Assembly (NCBI GenBank): GCA_900314585.1
Contig: OMVV01000002.1
Span: forward strand, 14,681-78,680
DNA length: 64,000 bases
Direction of reading: 5' to 3'
Source: an uncultured Erysipelotrichaceae bacterium
GTDB lineage: Bacteria; Bacillota_I; Bacilli_A; RFN20; CAG-826
A program made the position numbers and the translations under genes. Below the pieces are notes generated by a model, which saw only the letters and a program-made list of their open reading frames with translations, was not told the origin of the DNA and did no database searches. Of the stretch, positions 27,992 to 38,092 are shown piece after piece; within the stretch, counting starts at the first letter, position 1; each line of letters starts with the position of its first letter.

Positions 27992-29436
27992 TGGCAAAAA
28001 CCATTTTTAAATCGCTTCCAGAAGCTAATTTAGAAAGAAGGAGAAACATCTCCTTTAATTTTAACTACGATGAAATACTTATTCCTGAGCCTTTAAAAGA
28101 CTTCGCGAAAGGTAAAAAGTACTGGATACATACCTATGGATGCCAGGCCAATTACCGCGATGAAGAAATTATGGCTGGGATCCTTGAAAAATCCGGGTTT
28201 TGCCACGCTAATAAGGAAGAAGACGCTGATTTAATCATCTTAAATACATGCGCTGTTAGAGAAAATGCTGAACAAAAAGTTTATGGTAAAATTGGTAATC
28301 TCAAAGCGTATAAACTCGCAAACAAATCTGCGATCGTCGCTGTTTGTGGTTGCATGGTTCAACAAGCTGAAGTTATCAATCACATCAATCACACATACCA
28401 TCATGTCGATCTTATTTTCGGTACCCATAACATTCTTGATTTACCAACCCTTTTAAATGAAATAATTACTAAGAAAATTAAGATTGTTGACGTTAAATCT
28501 TTACCTGGTGATATTCATGAAAATTTACCAAGTGTTCGCCAATCAAATTTCAAAGCATTTGTGAACATTTCTTATGGTTGTGATAAGTTCTGCACATATT
28601 GCATTGTTCCATACACAAGAGGTAAAGAAAGGTCTCGTAAAATGGATGATATCCTTACAGAATGTAAGGAACTTAAAGATTTAGGCTACAAAGAAGTTAC
28701 ATTATTAGGTCAAAATGTTAATGCTTATGGCAAGGATTTAAATGATGGATCTTCGTTTGCAAAATTACTTGATGAAGTCGCTAAACTAGGCATTCCACGT
28801 GTGAGATTTTTAACCTCTCATCCATGGGATTTTTCCAGCGATATGATCGATGTCATCGCTAAGCACGATAACATCATGAAATATATCCATCTTCCGGTTC
28901 AATCTGGTAGTGATGAAATCCTTCGTTTGATGGGAAGAAGATATACTTCTGAACAATATTTAAAACTTGTTAATGAAATCAAAACCAAAATTCCAAATAT
29001 TGCTTTATCAACAGATATTATTGTTGGTTTCCCAAATGAAACCTATGAGCAATTCCTTGATACATTAAAAATCGTTCGTGAAGTTAAATATTGGTCAGCA
29101 TTTACTTTTATTTATTCTCCACGAAACAACACCCCTGCAGCGAAGATTAAGGATAATGTTACTCCAAAAGAGAAAAATCAGCGTTTCCAAGAACTTGTTA
29201 AGACATTAGAAGAAGTTATCGGTCCAATTAATGATTCATTAGTAGGTAAAACATTCCCGGTTCTTGTCGATAGTGTTTCTGAGAAAAATGATGATATGCT
29301 TTCAGGCTATACTGAACACAATAAATTAGTCCATTTTAAAGGTGATAAATCTCTTATTGGGCAAATTGTAGATGTCAAAATTGTTGATTCACATATGTAC
29401 TACTTAAATGGAGAATTAATCAATGGACAAAATTGA
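27991..29436 (+). CDS. miaB: tRNA-i6A37 methylthiotransferase MiaB (radical SAM MTTase + TRAM)
   Basis: MTTase N-domain Cys (YGCQAN...C...C), radical-SAM CxxxCxxC (CDKFCTYC), C-terminal TRAM domain. The N-terminal extension is typical of MiaB. Confidence 0.8.
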   Translation: MAKTIFKSLPEANLERRRNISFNFNYDEILIPEPLKDFAKGKKYWIHTYGCQANYRDEEIMAGILEKSGFCHANKEEDADLIILNTCAVRENAEQKVYGKIGNLKAYKLANKSAIVAVCGCMVQQAEVINHINHTYHHVDLIFGTHNILDLPTLLNEIITKKIKIVDVKSLPGDIHENLPSVRQSNFKAFVNISYGCDKFCTYCIVPYTRGKERSRKMDDILTECKELKDLGYKEVTLLGQNVNAYGKDLNDGSSFAKLLDEVAKLGIPRVRFLTSHPWDFSSDMIDVIAKHDNIMKYIHLPVQSGSDEILRLMGRRYTSEQYLKLVNEIKTKIPNIALSTDIIVGFPNETYEQFLDTLKIVREVKYWSAFTFIYSPRNNTPAAKIKDNVTPKEKNQRFQELVKTLEEVIGPINDSLVGKTFPVLVDSVSEKNDDMLSGYTEHNKLVHFKGDKSLIGQIVDVKIVDSHMYYLNGELINGQN

Positions 29437-29734
29437 AGAATCTCTCCAAAAAGTTAAAAAAGAATTATTTAACAATCCATCTGTTAAAGAATACTTTCGC
29501 TTAAAAGATATCGTTAAAAACGATAAAAGTATAAATAAATTAAATAAAGAGATAAAACTTCATCAAAAACTTATGTGTCAAAACAAGAATAATGATGAGA
29601 TTTATTTTAAGGAAAAAGAGTTATATGAAACTAATCTAAAACTCTTAGAATCTAATCCTATTTACGTTAATTTTAATGAAATAAAAGAAGAGGTTAATTC
29701 CTTACTAGTTGAAGTGAGGGAAGCTTTAAATTAA
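29423..29734 (+). CDS. YlbF/YmcA-family (RicA-like) small helical protein
   Basis: 103 aa, highly helical, K/E-rich. Lies between miaB and miaA, the position of ymcA relative to miaB in B. subtilis. GGAGA lies 8 nt upstream. Confidence 0.4.
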   Translation: MDKIEESLQKVKKELFNNPSVKEYFRLKDIVKNDKSINKLNKEIKLHQKLMCQNKNNDEIYFKEKELYETNLKLLESNPIYVNFNEIKEEVNSLLVEVREALN

Positions 29735-29739
29735 ATCTT

Positions 29740-30612
29740 ATGATTATTGTTATTACTGGACCAACATGTTTAGGCAAAAGTGAGACCGCATTTGAGCTCG
29801 CGAAAGCCATCGACGCTGAAATAGTAAACGGCGATGCTTTCCAATGCTATAAAGAGATGAATATCGGGGTTGCGAAGCCTCCAAAAGAATATTTAAAGGA
29901 AATTCCTCATCATCTTTATTCTTTTGTTGATGTTGATCACAATTACTCAATCGCTGAATATCAACAAAACTTAAGAAAATGTATTGATGAGATAGTTTCT
30001 AGAGGCAAAAACGTCATTATTGTTGGAGGGTCTGGTTTATATATAAGATCCGCTCTATATGACTATGATTTTAAAGAAAACAACATAGTTGATATGTCCA
30101 AATATGAAAAGATGGATAATCGCACTCTTCACGATGAATTAAGAAAAATCGATCCTATTGAAGCAGAAAAAATTCATATGAATAACCGTAAGAGAGTGTT
30201 GCGTGCTATTGAAATCTATCTTTCTAGCGGTGAAACCAAATCATCACTTATTGAAAAGCAAGATCACAAGTTAATTTATGATGCGAAGTTCTTTGTTCGT
30301 GATATGGATCGAGAAGTTTTATATCAAAATATTGGACAAAGAGTGGATAAAATGATTAAAAAAGGTCTCGTTGATGAGGTCAAAAATTTGTACCGAGAAT
30401 ATGGTGATAAACCACAAGCTTTTCAAGCGATTGGCTACAAAGAAATCATCTCCTATTTTAAAGGTGAAATTAACCTCGAAAACGCGATTGAATTAATCAA
30501 GAAAAATACTCGAAATTATGCTAAAAGACAACTCACATACATTAGGCATCAATTCCCAGTGACATTTTATCAAGATAGCCGAGATTTGCTGGAGATAATT
30601 AAACATGAATGA
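29740..30612 (+). CDS. miaA: tRNA dimethylallyltransferase MiaA
   Basis: P-loop VITGPTCLGKSE. 290 aa. Confidence 0.9.
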   Translation: MIIVITGPTCLGKSETAFELAKAIDAEIVNGDAFQCYKEMNIGVAKPPKEYLKEIPHHLYSFVDVDHNYSIAEYQQNLRKCIDEIVSRGKNVIIVGGSGLYIRSALYDYDFKENNIVDMSKYEKMDNRTLHDELRKIDPIEAEKIHMNNRKRVLRAIEIYLSSGETKSSLIEKQDHKLIYDAKFFVRDMDREVLYQNIGQRVDKMIKKGLVDEVKNLYREYGDKPQAFQAIGYKEIISYFKGEINLENAIELIKKNTRNYAKRQLTYIRHQFPVTFYQDSRDLLEIIKHE

Positions 30613-31282
30613 TTACTTAACACGTTCGCAAATGTTGCTCGGAAACGAGAAAATTGACTCCTTTAAAGGCAAGGTAATTTTGCTTGCTGGTTTAGGTGGT
30701 GTTGGAGGTACTGCTCTAGAAGTTTTAGCGAGGTCTGGATTCACTAATTTTGTTCTTGTTGATTTCGATAAAGTTGATCCAAGCAATTTGAACCGTCAAA
30801 TTCTCTTCACCGAAAACGATATTGGCAAGGATAAAACTGAAATTGCCAAAAACCGTATTTTATCCATTAATTGCGGGCTAAACGTTCAAATCATTAATCA
30901 AAAAATTGATGAAAATTTTGTTTTACCATCTGATTTGAAAATCGATTTTATTGTGGATGCAATTGACTATATTCCTGGCAAATTATGGCTAATTCAGTTC
31001 GCATTAAAGAACAACATTCCATTTATCTCTTCACTAGGTATGGGAAATAGAATTGATCCTTCAATGGTGAAAATTACTAATTTAAATAAAACTGAAGGTG
31101 ACCCACTTGCACGAAAGATTCGTTATGAGTCTCGTCAACTCGGTTTGGATTTAAGTAAGATCAAAGTTGTTTTCTCTACTGAAGAACCAATTTTAGTATC
31201 TAAGACACCAGCTTCAATGATGATGGTGCCATCTGCTGCTGGTTTATTAATAGCAAAATATGTAATAACCACTGTTAAATAA
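30605..31282 (+). CDS. tcdA: ThiF/MoeB-family tRNA threonylcarbamoyladenosine dehydratase (TcdA-like)
   Basis: Rossmann GLGGVGG motif, 225 aa, with no rhodanese domain or Cys-rich C-terminus. Clustered with tRNA-modification genes. Confidence 0.65.
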   Translation: MNDYLTRSQMLLGNEKIDSFKGKVILLAGLGGVGGTALEVLARSGFTNFVLVDFDKVDPSNLNRQILFTENDIGKDKTEIAKNRILSINCGLNVQIINQKIDENFVLPSDLKIDFIVDAIDYIPGKLWLIQFALKNNIPFISSLGMGNRIDPSMVKITNLNKTEGDPLARKIRYESRQLGLDLSKIKVVFSTEEPILVSKTPASMMMVPSAAGLLIAKYVITTVK

Positions 31283-31312
31283 ATTATTTATAATAAACAC
31301 GAGGTTCCAACC

Positions 31313-32920
31313 ATGATGCAAACAATCGACAAGATTGCTAAGAAAGCAAACATTGATGAAAGATATATCGATTTTTATGGCAAATACAAAGCTAAAGTCG
31401 ATTTATCTATTTTTGATGAATTAAAGAATAAGAAAGATGGCAAACTCGTTTTAGTTACCGCTATCACTCCAACGAAGACCGGTGAAGGTAAAACCACAAT
31501 GTCAATTGCCTTAACCGAAGGTTTTGCTAAGATTGGTGTTAATGCAATGCTTGCTTTAAGAGAACCATCAATGGGTCCTGTTTTTGGTTTAAAAGGTGGC
31601 GCTACTGGTGGTGGACTTGCTTCAATCGAACCTAAAGATGATATTAATCTTCATTTCACTGGTGACATGCATGCGCTCACAAGTTCTATTAACTTAATTG
31701 CAGCAGTCATTGATAATCATATTTTCCAAGGTAACGAGTTAAACATTGATCCAAATAAGATTGTTTGGACTCGTGCTTTAGATATGAATGATCGTGCACT
31801 TAGAAGTGTGACCATTATGCAGGATGAAAAGAAAGGAACCCCAAGACATGATTCCTTTGTTATTACTGTTGCCTCTGAGATGATGGCGATTATGTGTCTT
31901 GCTAACGATCCAGAAGATTTTAGAAAACGTGTCAATAACATTATTGTTGCATATACATTTGACGATAAGCCTGTCTATTTAAAACAATTACGCATCTCTA
32001 ACGCAATCATGAAATTAATGAGAGAAGCATTAAAACCAAACCTTGTTCAAACTGTTGAAAATAATCCAGTTCTTGTTCATGGTGGTCCATTTGCAAATAT
32101 TGCCCATGGCTGTAATTCAATCATCGCCTTAAGGTTAGCTTTAAAACTTGGTGATATCGTTGTTACAGAGGCTGGCTTCGGTGCTGACTTAGGTGCTGAA
32201 AAATTCTTTGATATTTGTTGCCCAACAGGTGGACTAAAACCAGATGGTGTTGTAGTGGTCGCTACAATTAGAGCACTTAAAGAACACGGTGGTGTTGCTT
32301 TCGAAGATTTAGAAAAACCAAATGTCGAAGCTCTGAAAGCTGGCATCGTTAATCTTCAAGTACATCTCGAAAACATTTCCAAGTTTGGATTACCTGTTGT
32401 TGTGGCAATCAATCACTTTGCTTCAGATTCAAAAGAAGAAATCGATGAACTTACTTCATGGTGCAAGAAAAATGGCTATGAAGTTAGCTTTGTTGATGGC
32501 TTCTTAAAAGGTGGAGATGGCTCAACTGACTTAGCGCATAAAGTAAGTGAAATGCTTGCAAAACGTGGATCAAATTACCACAAACTCTATGATTATAATT
32601 CACCAATTAAGGATAAAATTGAGACAATTTGCAAGGAAATTTATCGTGCGAAAGATGTTGAATTTAGTGAGACTGCTTTAAGTCAAATTGAACGATTCTC
32701 AAAACTTGGATACGCAAATACGGCTGTGTGTATGGCGAAAACTCCATTATCACTTAGCGATGATCCTAAAGTATTTGGCGCACCAATTGGTTCAACCATT
32801 CATATCCGTGAAGTGAAATTATCTAGCGGTGCGAACTTCATTGTTGCCTTAACTGGTAAAGTAATGACAATGCCAGGACTTCCAAAAGTTCCAGCAGCTG
32901 TCAAAATGGAAGACGAATAA
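31313..32920 (+). CDS. fhs: Formate--tetrahydrofolate ligase
   Basis: ITPTKTGEGKTT P-loop. 535 aa. Confidence 0.9.
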   Translation: MMQTIDKIAKKANIDERYIDFYGKYKAKVDLSIFDELKNKKDGKLVLVTAITPTKTGEGKTTMSIALTEGFAKIGVNAMLALREPSMGPVFGLKGGATGGGLASIEPKDDINLHFTGDMHALTSSINLIAAVIDNHIFQGNELNIDPNKIVWTRALDMNDRALRSVTIMQDEKKGTPRHDSFVITVASEMMAIMCLANDPEDFRKRVNNIIVAYTFDDKPVYLKQLRISNAIMKLMREALKPNLVQTVENNPVLVHGGPFANIAHGCNSIIALRLALKLGDIVVTEAGFGADLGAEKFFDICCPTGGLKPDGVVVVATIRALKEHGGVAFEDLEKPNVEALKAGIVNLQVHLENISKFGLPVVVAINHFASDSKEEIDELTSWCKKNGYEVSFVDGFLKGGDGSTDLAHKVSEMLAKRGSNYHKLYDYNSPIKDKIETICKEIYRAKDVEFSETALSQIERFSKLGYANTAVCMAKTPLSLSDDPKVFGAPIGSTIHIREVKLSSGANFIVALTGKVMTMPGLPKVPAAVKMEDE

Positions 32921-33123
32921 TGAAAACATTTGATTATAAACTTGGCGATATTGTGGAGATGAAAAAGCCACATCCATGTGCGAGCCATTCCAAACTATTT
33001 GAGATTGTTCGTGTTGGTGCTGATCTTAAAATTAAGTGTCTCGGATGTGGAAATATAATCATCATCACTAGGGATAACTTCAATAAGCGATTTAAAAAAG
33101 TTATCGAAGATAAAGAAAACTAG
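32920..33123 (+). CDS. DUF951-family small protein
   Basis: GDIVEMKKPHPC...KIKCLGCG signature, 67 aa. Start overlaps the fhs stop. Confidence 0.6.
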   Translation: MKTFDYKLGDIVEMKKPHPCASHSKLFEIVRVGADLKIKCLGCGNIIIITRDNFNKRFKKVIEDKEN

Positions 33124-33170
33124 ATTTAACAAAATACCGATTTATCTACGTATATATATGGTAGAAGGCT

Positions 33171-35273
33171 ATGTCGGTATTTTTATTTCAAAACGTATCT
33201 AAATCTTTCAAAACCTACGATGGTGATTTTTATGCTTTGAAACATATTAATCTTTCACTATCTTCCCCTGGACTTCTTTCTATTGTTGGCAAATCTGGTT
33301 CAGGTAAATCTACATTATTAAATCTATTAACTGGAATTGAAAAACCGTCTTCTGGAAATCTTGTTTTTTGTAATAAGCCGATCAACAAAATGTCGGATCG
33401 AGCTTTTTCAAAATATCACCTCAAAGATATTTCGATGGTTTATCAGCATTACAACCTATTTGATGAGATGTCAGCAAAGGAAAACATCTATATTCCTTTA
33501 TTGATGCAAGGATTAAGTAGAAATAAAGCTGAGAAGAAAGCCACCGAATACCTTGAACGATTTAATCTAACTTATTTATCTAACCAAAAAGTTAAAACTC
33601 TTTCTGGCGGTGAAAAACAACGTGTCGCAATCATTAGAGCAATCATTACTAACCCTAAAGTACTACTTTGTGATGAACCAACGGGTGCGCTTGATGGAGA
33701 AAATTCTGATGCAATTATGTCTTTACTAAAAGATTTATCTAAAGATATCTTAGTTATCAATGTTTCTCATAATCGCCCACTAGTTGAAAAATACTCTGAT
33801 CGAATAATTACTTTGAAAGATGGTGAAGTAGTGGATGATAAGGTGATTAATGAATACAAAGAAATTAATGCAATTAGCACAAGTTATAAATACTCATCTT
33901 CTTGGACTTCTTTGTTCACTAAACTTAATTTAAAACTAAATCTGAAGAAGAATCTTTTCTCAATATTAGCGTGTACAGTTGGGTTTTCCGCTATCTTTCT
34001 TTCAGTTGGGTTTTATAGTGGTAGCCAAACTTCACAAGAAAACGCGCTAAGAAATAATTTGTCGATTTTACACGCGACAGCATCCGAAAAGACATTTTAT
34101 GAAATCGAGAATTCTCCTTTATCCTTTGAGAAGATGGTTAGGCCATCCGATGAACTTTTGCGGGCAAATTTGAAAGAATTTAAGAATATTAAGTATGAGC
34201 CAAACCTCTCATATCTATTCCCAAATTATCCAAATGGAAAGTATCAAGATGAAATAATTGAAAACTTCCAATTAATTCCTTTATACGACATATCGCTAGA
34301 AACGTTTGGCAAGGACCTACTTGTTTGTGGCGAACCTCCAAGTGATGTGATTGATGAAGTGATCGTGAATGAAGAATTTGTAAAACTTATCAATAAACGA
34401 AAAGAAGATGTGATCGATGACTTGTTCAACATTTCATACGCGACATCAATTTCATATAACACCGGTGATTATGAGAATCCGCTCATCAAAGATGATTTCT
34501 CATTTGATTATGATTTAAGAATAACGGCGGTGGTAAAAGAGTTTTCTTTCTTGAACACTCCAAAGGTTTATTATTCTTATCCGGCATTGAAGAAAGAACT
34601 AGGGACTTTGTATTTAGAAAACATTTCTGACTATCAAAGTGAGCCTGTTTCTTATCTTGACTACATTCAAGACTCTGATGATGATAATCAGATTTGTTCT
34701 TATTCATCCGAAATATTTATTTGTTCGATTGATGAAAGTTCAGCTTTCTTTGAAAAGATTAAGAAATTAAGTGAAAGTGAATCGACATTTCAAATTGAAT
34801 CGCAAGCTTATGATATCCAACAATCATACAAGACATTTATTGAATCTTTTTCGACTGCTCTATTTGTGTTCGCGATAATTGCATTCTTAGGTGTGAATTT
34901 TATTTTAGGAATGATTTCCTTATCAACCTTTATTGAAAATAAAAAGAATAGCGCAATTCTAACTTGTCTTGGAGCGAGAAATAGATCAATTCAATCCATA
35001 TACTTACGTGAAAACTATATTGTTGTTTTAGTTTCAATTGTTATCTCCATCTTTTTAGCAATCCTTCTTCAATTTATTTTGAATAACCTTATCAGCAAGA
35101 ACTTTGCTTTAGATAACTTGATCACTATTCCATTTATGTCGTTTTATGGATATCCATTTGCGTTACCAATTTTGCTAATCCTAATCGCTTTAGTGTTCTC
35201 AACCATTTTTACGCTTACTCCAATGCTTATATATCGTCACATGTCGATCGCTGATGAATTGAGGGATGAATGA
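33171..35273 (+). CDS. MacB-type (type VII) ABC transporter, fused ATPase + FtsX-like permease with ~270-aa extracytoplasmic domain
   Basis: Walker A GKSGSGKST, signature LSGGEKQRVAI, Walker B LLCDEPTGALD. One TM helix, a long hydrophilic loop, then three C-terminal TM helices. Confidence 0.8.
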   Translation: MSVFLFQNVSKSFKTYDGDFYALKHINLSLSSPGLLSIVGKSGSGKSTLLNLLTGIEKPSSGNLVFCNKPINKMSDRAFSKYHLKDISMVYQHYNLFDEMSAKENIYIPLLMQGLSRNKAEKKATEYLERFNLTYLSNQKVKTLSGGEKQRVAIIRAIITNPKVLLCDEPTGALDGENSDAIMSLLKDLSKDILVINVSHNRPLVEKYSDRIITLKDGEVVDDKVINEYKEINAISTSYKYSSSWTSLFTKLNLKLNLKKNLFSILACTVGFSAIFLSVGFYSGSQTSQENALRNNLSILHATASEKTFYEIENSPLSFEKMVRPSDELLRANLKEFKNIKYEPNLSYLFPNYPNGKYQDEIIENFQLIPLYDISLETFGKDLLVCGEPPSDVIDEVIVNEEFVKLINKRKEDVIDDLFNISYATSISYNTGDYENPLIKDDFSFDYDLRITAVVKEFSFLNTPKVYYSYPALKKELGTLYLENISDYQSEPVSYLDYIQDSDDDNQICSYSSEIFICSIDESSAFFEKIKKLSESESTFQIESQAYDIQQSYKTFIESFSTALFVFAIIAFLGVNFILGMISLSTFIENKKNSAILTCLGARNRSIQSIYLRENYIVVLVSIVISIFLAILLQFILNNLISKNFALDNLITIPFMSFYGYPFALPILLILIALVFSTIFTLTPMLIYRHMSIADELRDE

Positions 35274-38083
35274 TGATTGAAATTAAGAATTATTCAAAAA
35301 GATTCGGCAATAGGATTATTTATGATAATTTGTCACTTTCACTTCCTCGCAAAGGCGTTATCGCTATTGTTGGAGAATCTGGAAGTGGCAAGACGACATT
35401 ATTAAATGCAATCGCTGGATTAGATTTTGATTATTCAGGCGATATCATTATCGATTCAACCAACTTAAAGAATCTAAGTGATGACGCTTCAAAGGATTAC
35501 CGAATTCATAATATCGGATATGTTTTCCAAAACTTTAATTTATTAAATCTAGATAATGTTGAAACAAATATCGTTCTTCCGTTTGATTCAACGACCAACG
35601 AAAGCAAAGTTATTAAGAAAAGAAAGGTTAATGAGTTAACTTCCATGTTAGGAATTGAAAAGCTCAATAACCAGAACATCAACAAACTTTCTGGTGGAGA
35701 AAAGCAAAGAGTCGCGATAGCAAGAGCAATTATCAATTCTCCTAAAGTTGTTTTGTGTGATGAACCAACTGGCGCATTAGATGAAAAGAATAGTGAGCAA
35801 ATCTATCAAATATTAAGGAAAATCTCTGCTAAATCGCTGATTATCATCGCTTCACATAATCTTGAGGGAGTGAAGAAAATTGCTGATAAAATCATCAGGG
35901 TTAAAGATGGGCAAGTTTCAATAAGCGATTCTAAAGATATTGAAGAAGTTGAAGATAAAAACTTCCTTGAAAACAATCAAGTAGTCAATGTTGCGCATCT
36001 AACACCAGAATTTAAACTCAAACATTCATTTCAAAAAATGAAATCCAAAAAGTATCGAAGTTTGATTACAAACGGGATGCTTTCGTTATCTCTAACTGGC
36101 ATTGGCTTATCGATTATCTTGTCCACAAGCGTTTCTAATCGAATTCAAGAAGCCTTTGCTGGTTTAGTAAATGGCAATCAAGTGGTGGTCACTACAAAAC
36201 AAGAAGCGCAGAATTCTTTTTCAAACGCTTATAGTGCACCTCTAGACAAGGTTCATGAAATCAAACAGAAATATGACTATTACATTGAAGACGTTGGAGC
36301 GACCTACCTTGTCAACTTTGAAGACTTCTTTAAAGATGGTAATGCGATTAATGTTACTTCAACTGCTTATAAAATAAGCATACCAGCGTTATCTGCTCGC
36401 TCAATCAATGATTTTAGATGGATTGACAATAATACTGTTTTATATCCAAATCCAGTAAACAATTTAAAGAAAGATGAAGTTGTCATTGGATTAACTTATC
36501 AAGATATGGTTAATCTTTGTTTCAATCTTAAGATTCTTCGTAACTTTACTTCACTTGGTCACTATATTCATGAAAACCAGTTATTCATTTCTTTATCAGT
36601 TATAAACAATGATTGGCAATATGACGATGAACAACTCTTTGAAGTTAAAGCAATTTGTGAATCAAACAAAACAATCTTTTATCATACGAATAGTTTATGG
36701 AACCAAGATGTCTTTGAATCAATGATGCTACTTCCAAGTGATGATGACTCTATTCATTACTTCCCTTGGGAAATGGTCAAAGTCTATTACTTCAAAACAA
36801 ATGGTGATCCATCTATATTCCTCAACACAATTTTTTATGATCCAAATTATCAAGACTATGTCTTTGAAAGAACAAACTATAATTACAATCCGCTTTTATG
36901 CATGCCAAATCAAATATGTGAAGAGAAAAGAGTCTTCATTTATTTAGCGGATAAAAATGGAATTAATCCTGGACATATTCAGTCGCTAACTAAGTTAGAT
37001 AACAATATTAAGGACTATTATTTCAATAGCGATTTTGGATATGCGAGTTATGCATCTAACTTGCTAAGTGGGTTCGCAAAAAATGTATTTATTTCGTGTG
37101 ACGAAAGCAAAATCATCGAAGCAATCGACGCGGACAGTCAACTTCAAAATGAAACCAATCTTCAAATCGATTTACCTGATGATGTTGTGCAAGGAAACTT
37201 CCTTAATGGCATGTCAGGTGGATTAAGATTCTCATCAAAGATTGATAACCTGCTTGTAGGAAGAAAACCCGCAAATCTCCACGAAATCGTCGTTTCAAAG
37301 GGTTTAGCAGAGAAGATTGATAAAGACAAAACAGGACTAGGAAAATACGCTTATATCGCGGGCGAAAATAATGAATTTCTGTCTGATGAGGATTTTCTTA
37401 ATAAAGAATATCAAGTTGATAAGGTAGTTATCGTTGGAGTCACTAAAGAAGAAAAGAACTATATTTACCACGATCAAATGTGGACGATATCGTTCTTTAG
37501 AGATTGTCTAGGCGTTTCTAGCTTTTATCTAATCCCAAAATCGGCAGTTATTGAACTTGATATGAATGTTGATTCGAGCAAACTCATCGAAAAATATAAC
37601 AAAACCTATCCTCAATATAACTTCACTTCACCGGTTAATGAGCTTTCTAAAAGTGTGGAATCCACTTTAAAATACGCAAATGCGATTATGATTGGCTTCT
37701 CACTCTTAGCAACTTTAATCTCAGTTTTATTATTAGGAACAGTAGTGCTTCTAAATATCCTTGAAAGCAAAGATGAGATTAGATTATTTGAAGTTATTGG
37801 CATAAAACGAAAGGACATTAACTCACTTTTCATCTATCAATCATTGATTCAAGGATTGATTGCGTTCTTCTTCAGTGCGATTGAACTTGTGATTGTGGAT
37901 TTTGTTATTTCCAAAGCTTTAGGTGACACGCTTCACACTTCCTTAGCGTATTCATTCAATTTTCTACCAATCGGCATCGTCTTTATCTTTGCGGTTGTCT
38001 TACCTTATCTAACTTCCCTAATTTTAATTAAGGTTTTGACAAGGAAAACTAAAAATGTTGCTAAAAGCAAACTTAATTGTTAA
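35270..38083 (+). CDS. MacB-type ABC transporter, fused ATPase + permease with very large (~500-aa) extracytoplasmic domain
   Basis: Walker A GESGSGKTT, LSGGEKQRVAIA, VLCDEPTGALD. Same 1+3 TM topology as the upstream gene. ATG overlaps the upstream stop (GAGGG SD). Confidence 0.8.
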   Translation: MMIEIKNYSKRFGNRIIYDNLSLSLPRKGVIAIVGESGSGKTTLLNAIAGLDFDYSGDIIIDSTNLKNLSDDASKDYRIHNIGYVFQNFNLLNLDNVETNIVLPFDSTTNESKVIKKRKVNELTSMLGIEKLNNQNINKLSGGEKQRVAIARAIINSPKVVLCDEPTGALDEKNSEQIYQILRKISAKSLIIIASHNLEGVKKIADKIIRVKDGQVSISDSKDIEEVEDKNFLENNQVVNVAHLTPEFKLKHSFQKMKSKKYRSLITNGMLSLSLTGIGLSIILSTSVSNRIQEAFAGLVNGNQVVVTTKQEAQNSFSNAYSAPLDKVHEIKQKYDYYIEDVGATYLVNFEDFFKDGNAINVTSTAYKISIPALSARSINDFRWIDNNTVLYPNPVNNLKKDEVVIGLTYQDMVNLCFNLKILRNFTSLGHYIHENQLFISLSVINNDWQYDDEQLFEVKAICESNKTIFYHTNSLWNQDVFESMMLLPSDDDSIHYFPWEMVKVYYFKTNGDPSIFLNTIFYDPNYQDYVFERTNYNYNPLLCMPNQICEEKRVFIYLADKNGINPGHIQSLTKLDNNIKDYYFNSDFGYASYASNLLSGFAKNVFISCDESKIIEAIDADSQLQNETNLQIDLPDDVVQGNFLNGMSGGLRFSSKIDNLLVGRKPANLHEIVVSKGLAEKIDKDKTGLGKYAYIAGENNEFLSDEDFLNKEYQVDKVVIVGVTKEEKNYIYHDQMWTISFFRDCLGVSSFYLIPKSAVIELDMNVDSSKLIEKYNKTYPQYNFTSPVNELSKSVESTLKYANAIMIGFSLLATLISVLLLGTVVLLNILESKDEIRLFEVIGIKRKDINSLFIYQSLIQGLIAFFFSAIELVIVDFVISKALGDTLHTSLAYSFNFLPIGIVFIFAVVLPYLTSLILIKVLTRKTKNVAKSKLNC

Positions 38084-38092
38084 TCTTATACC

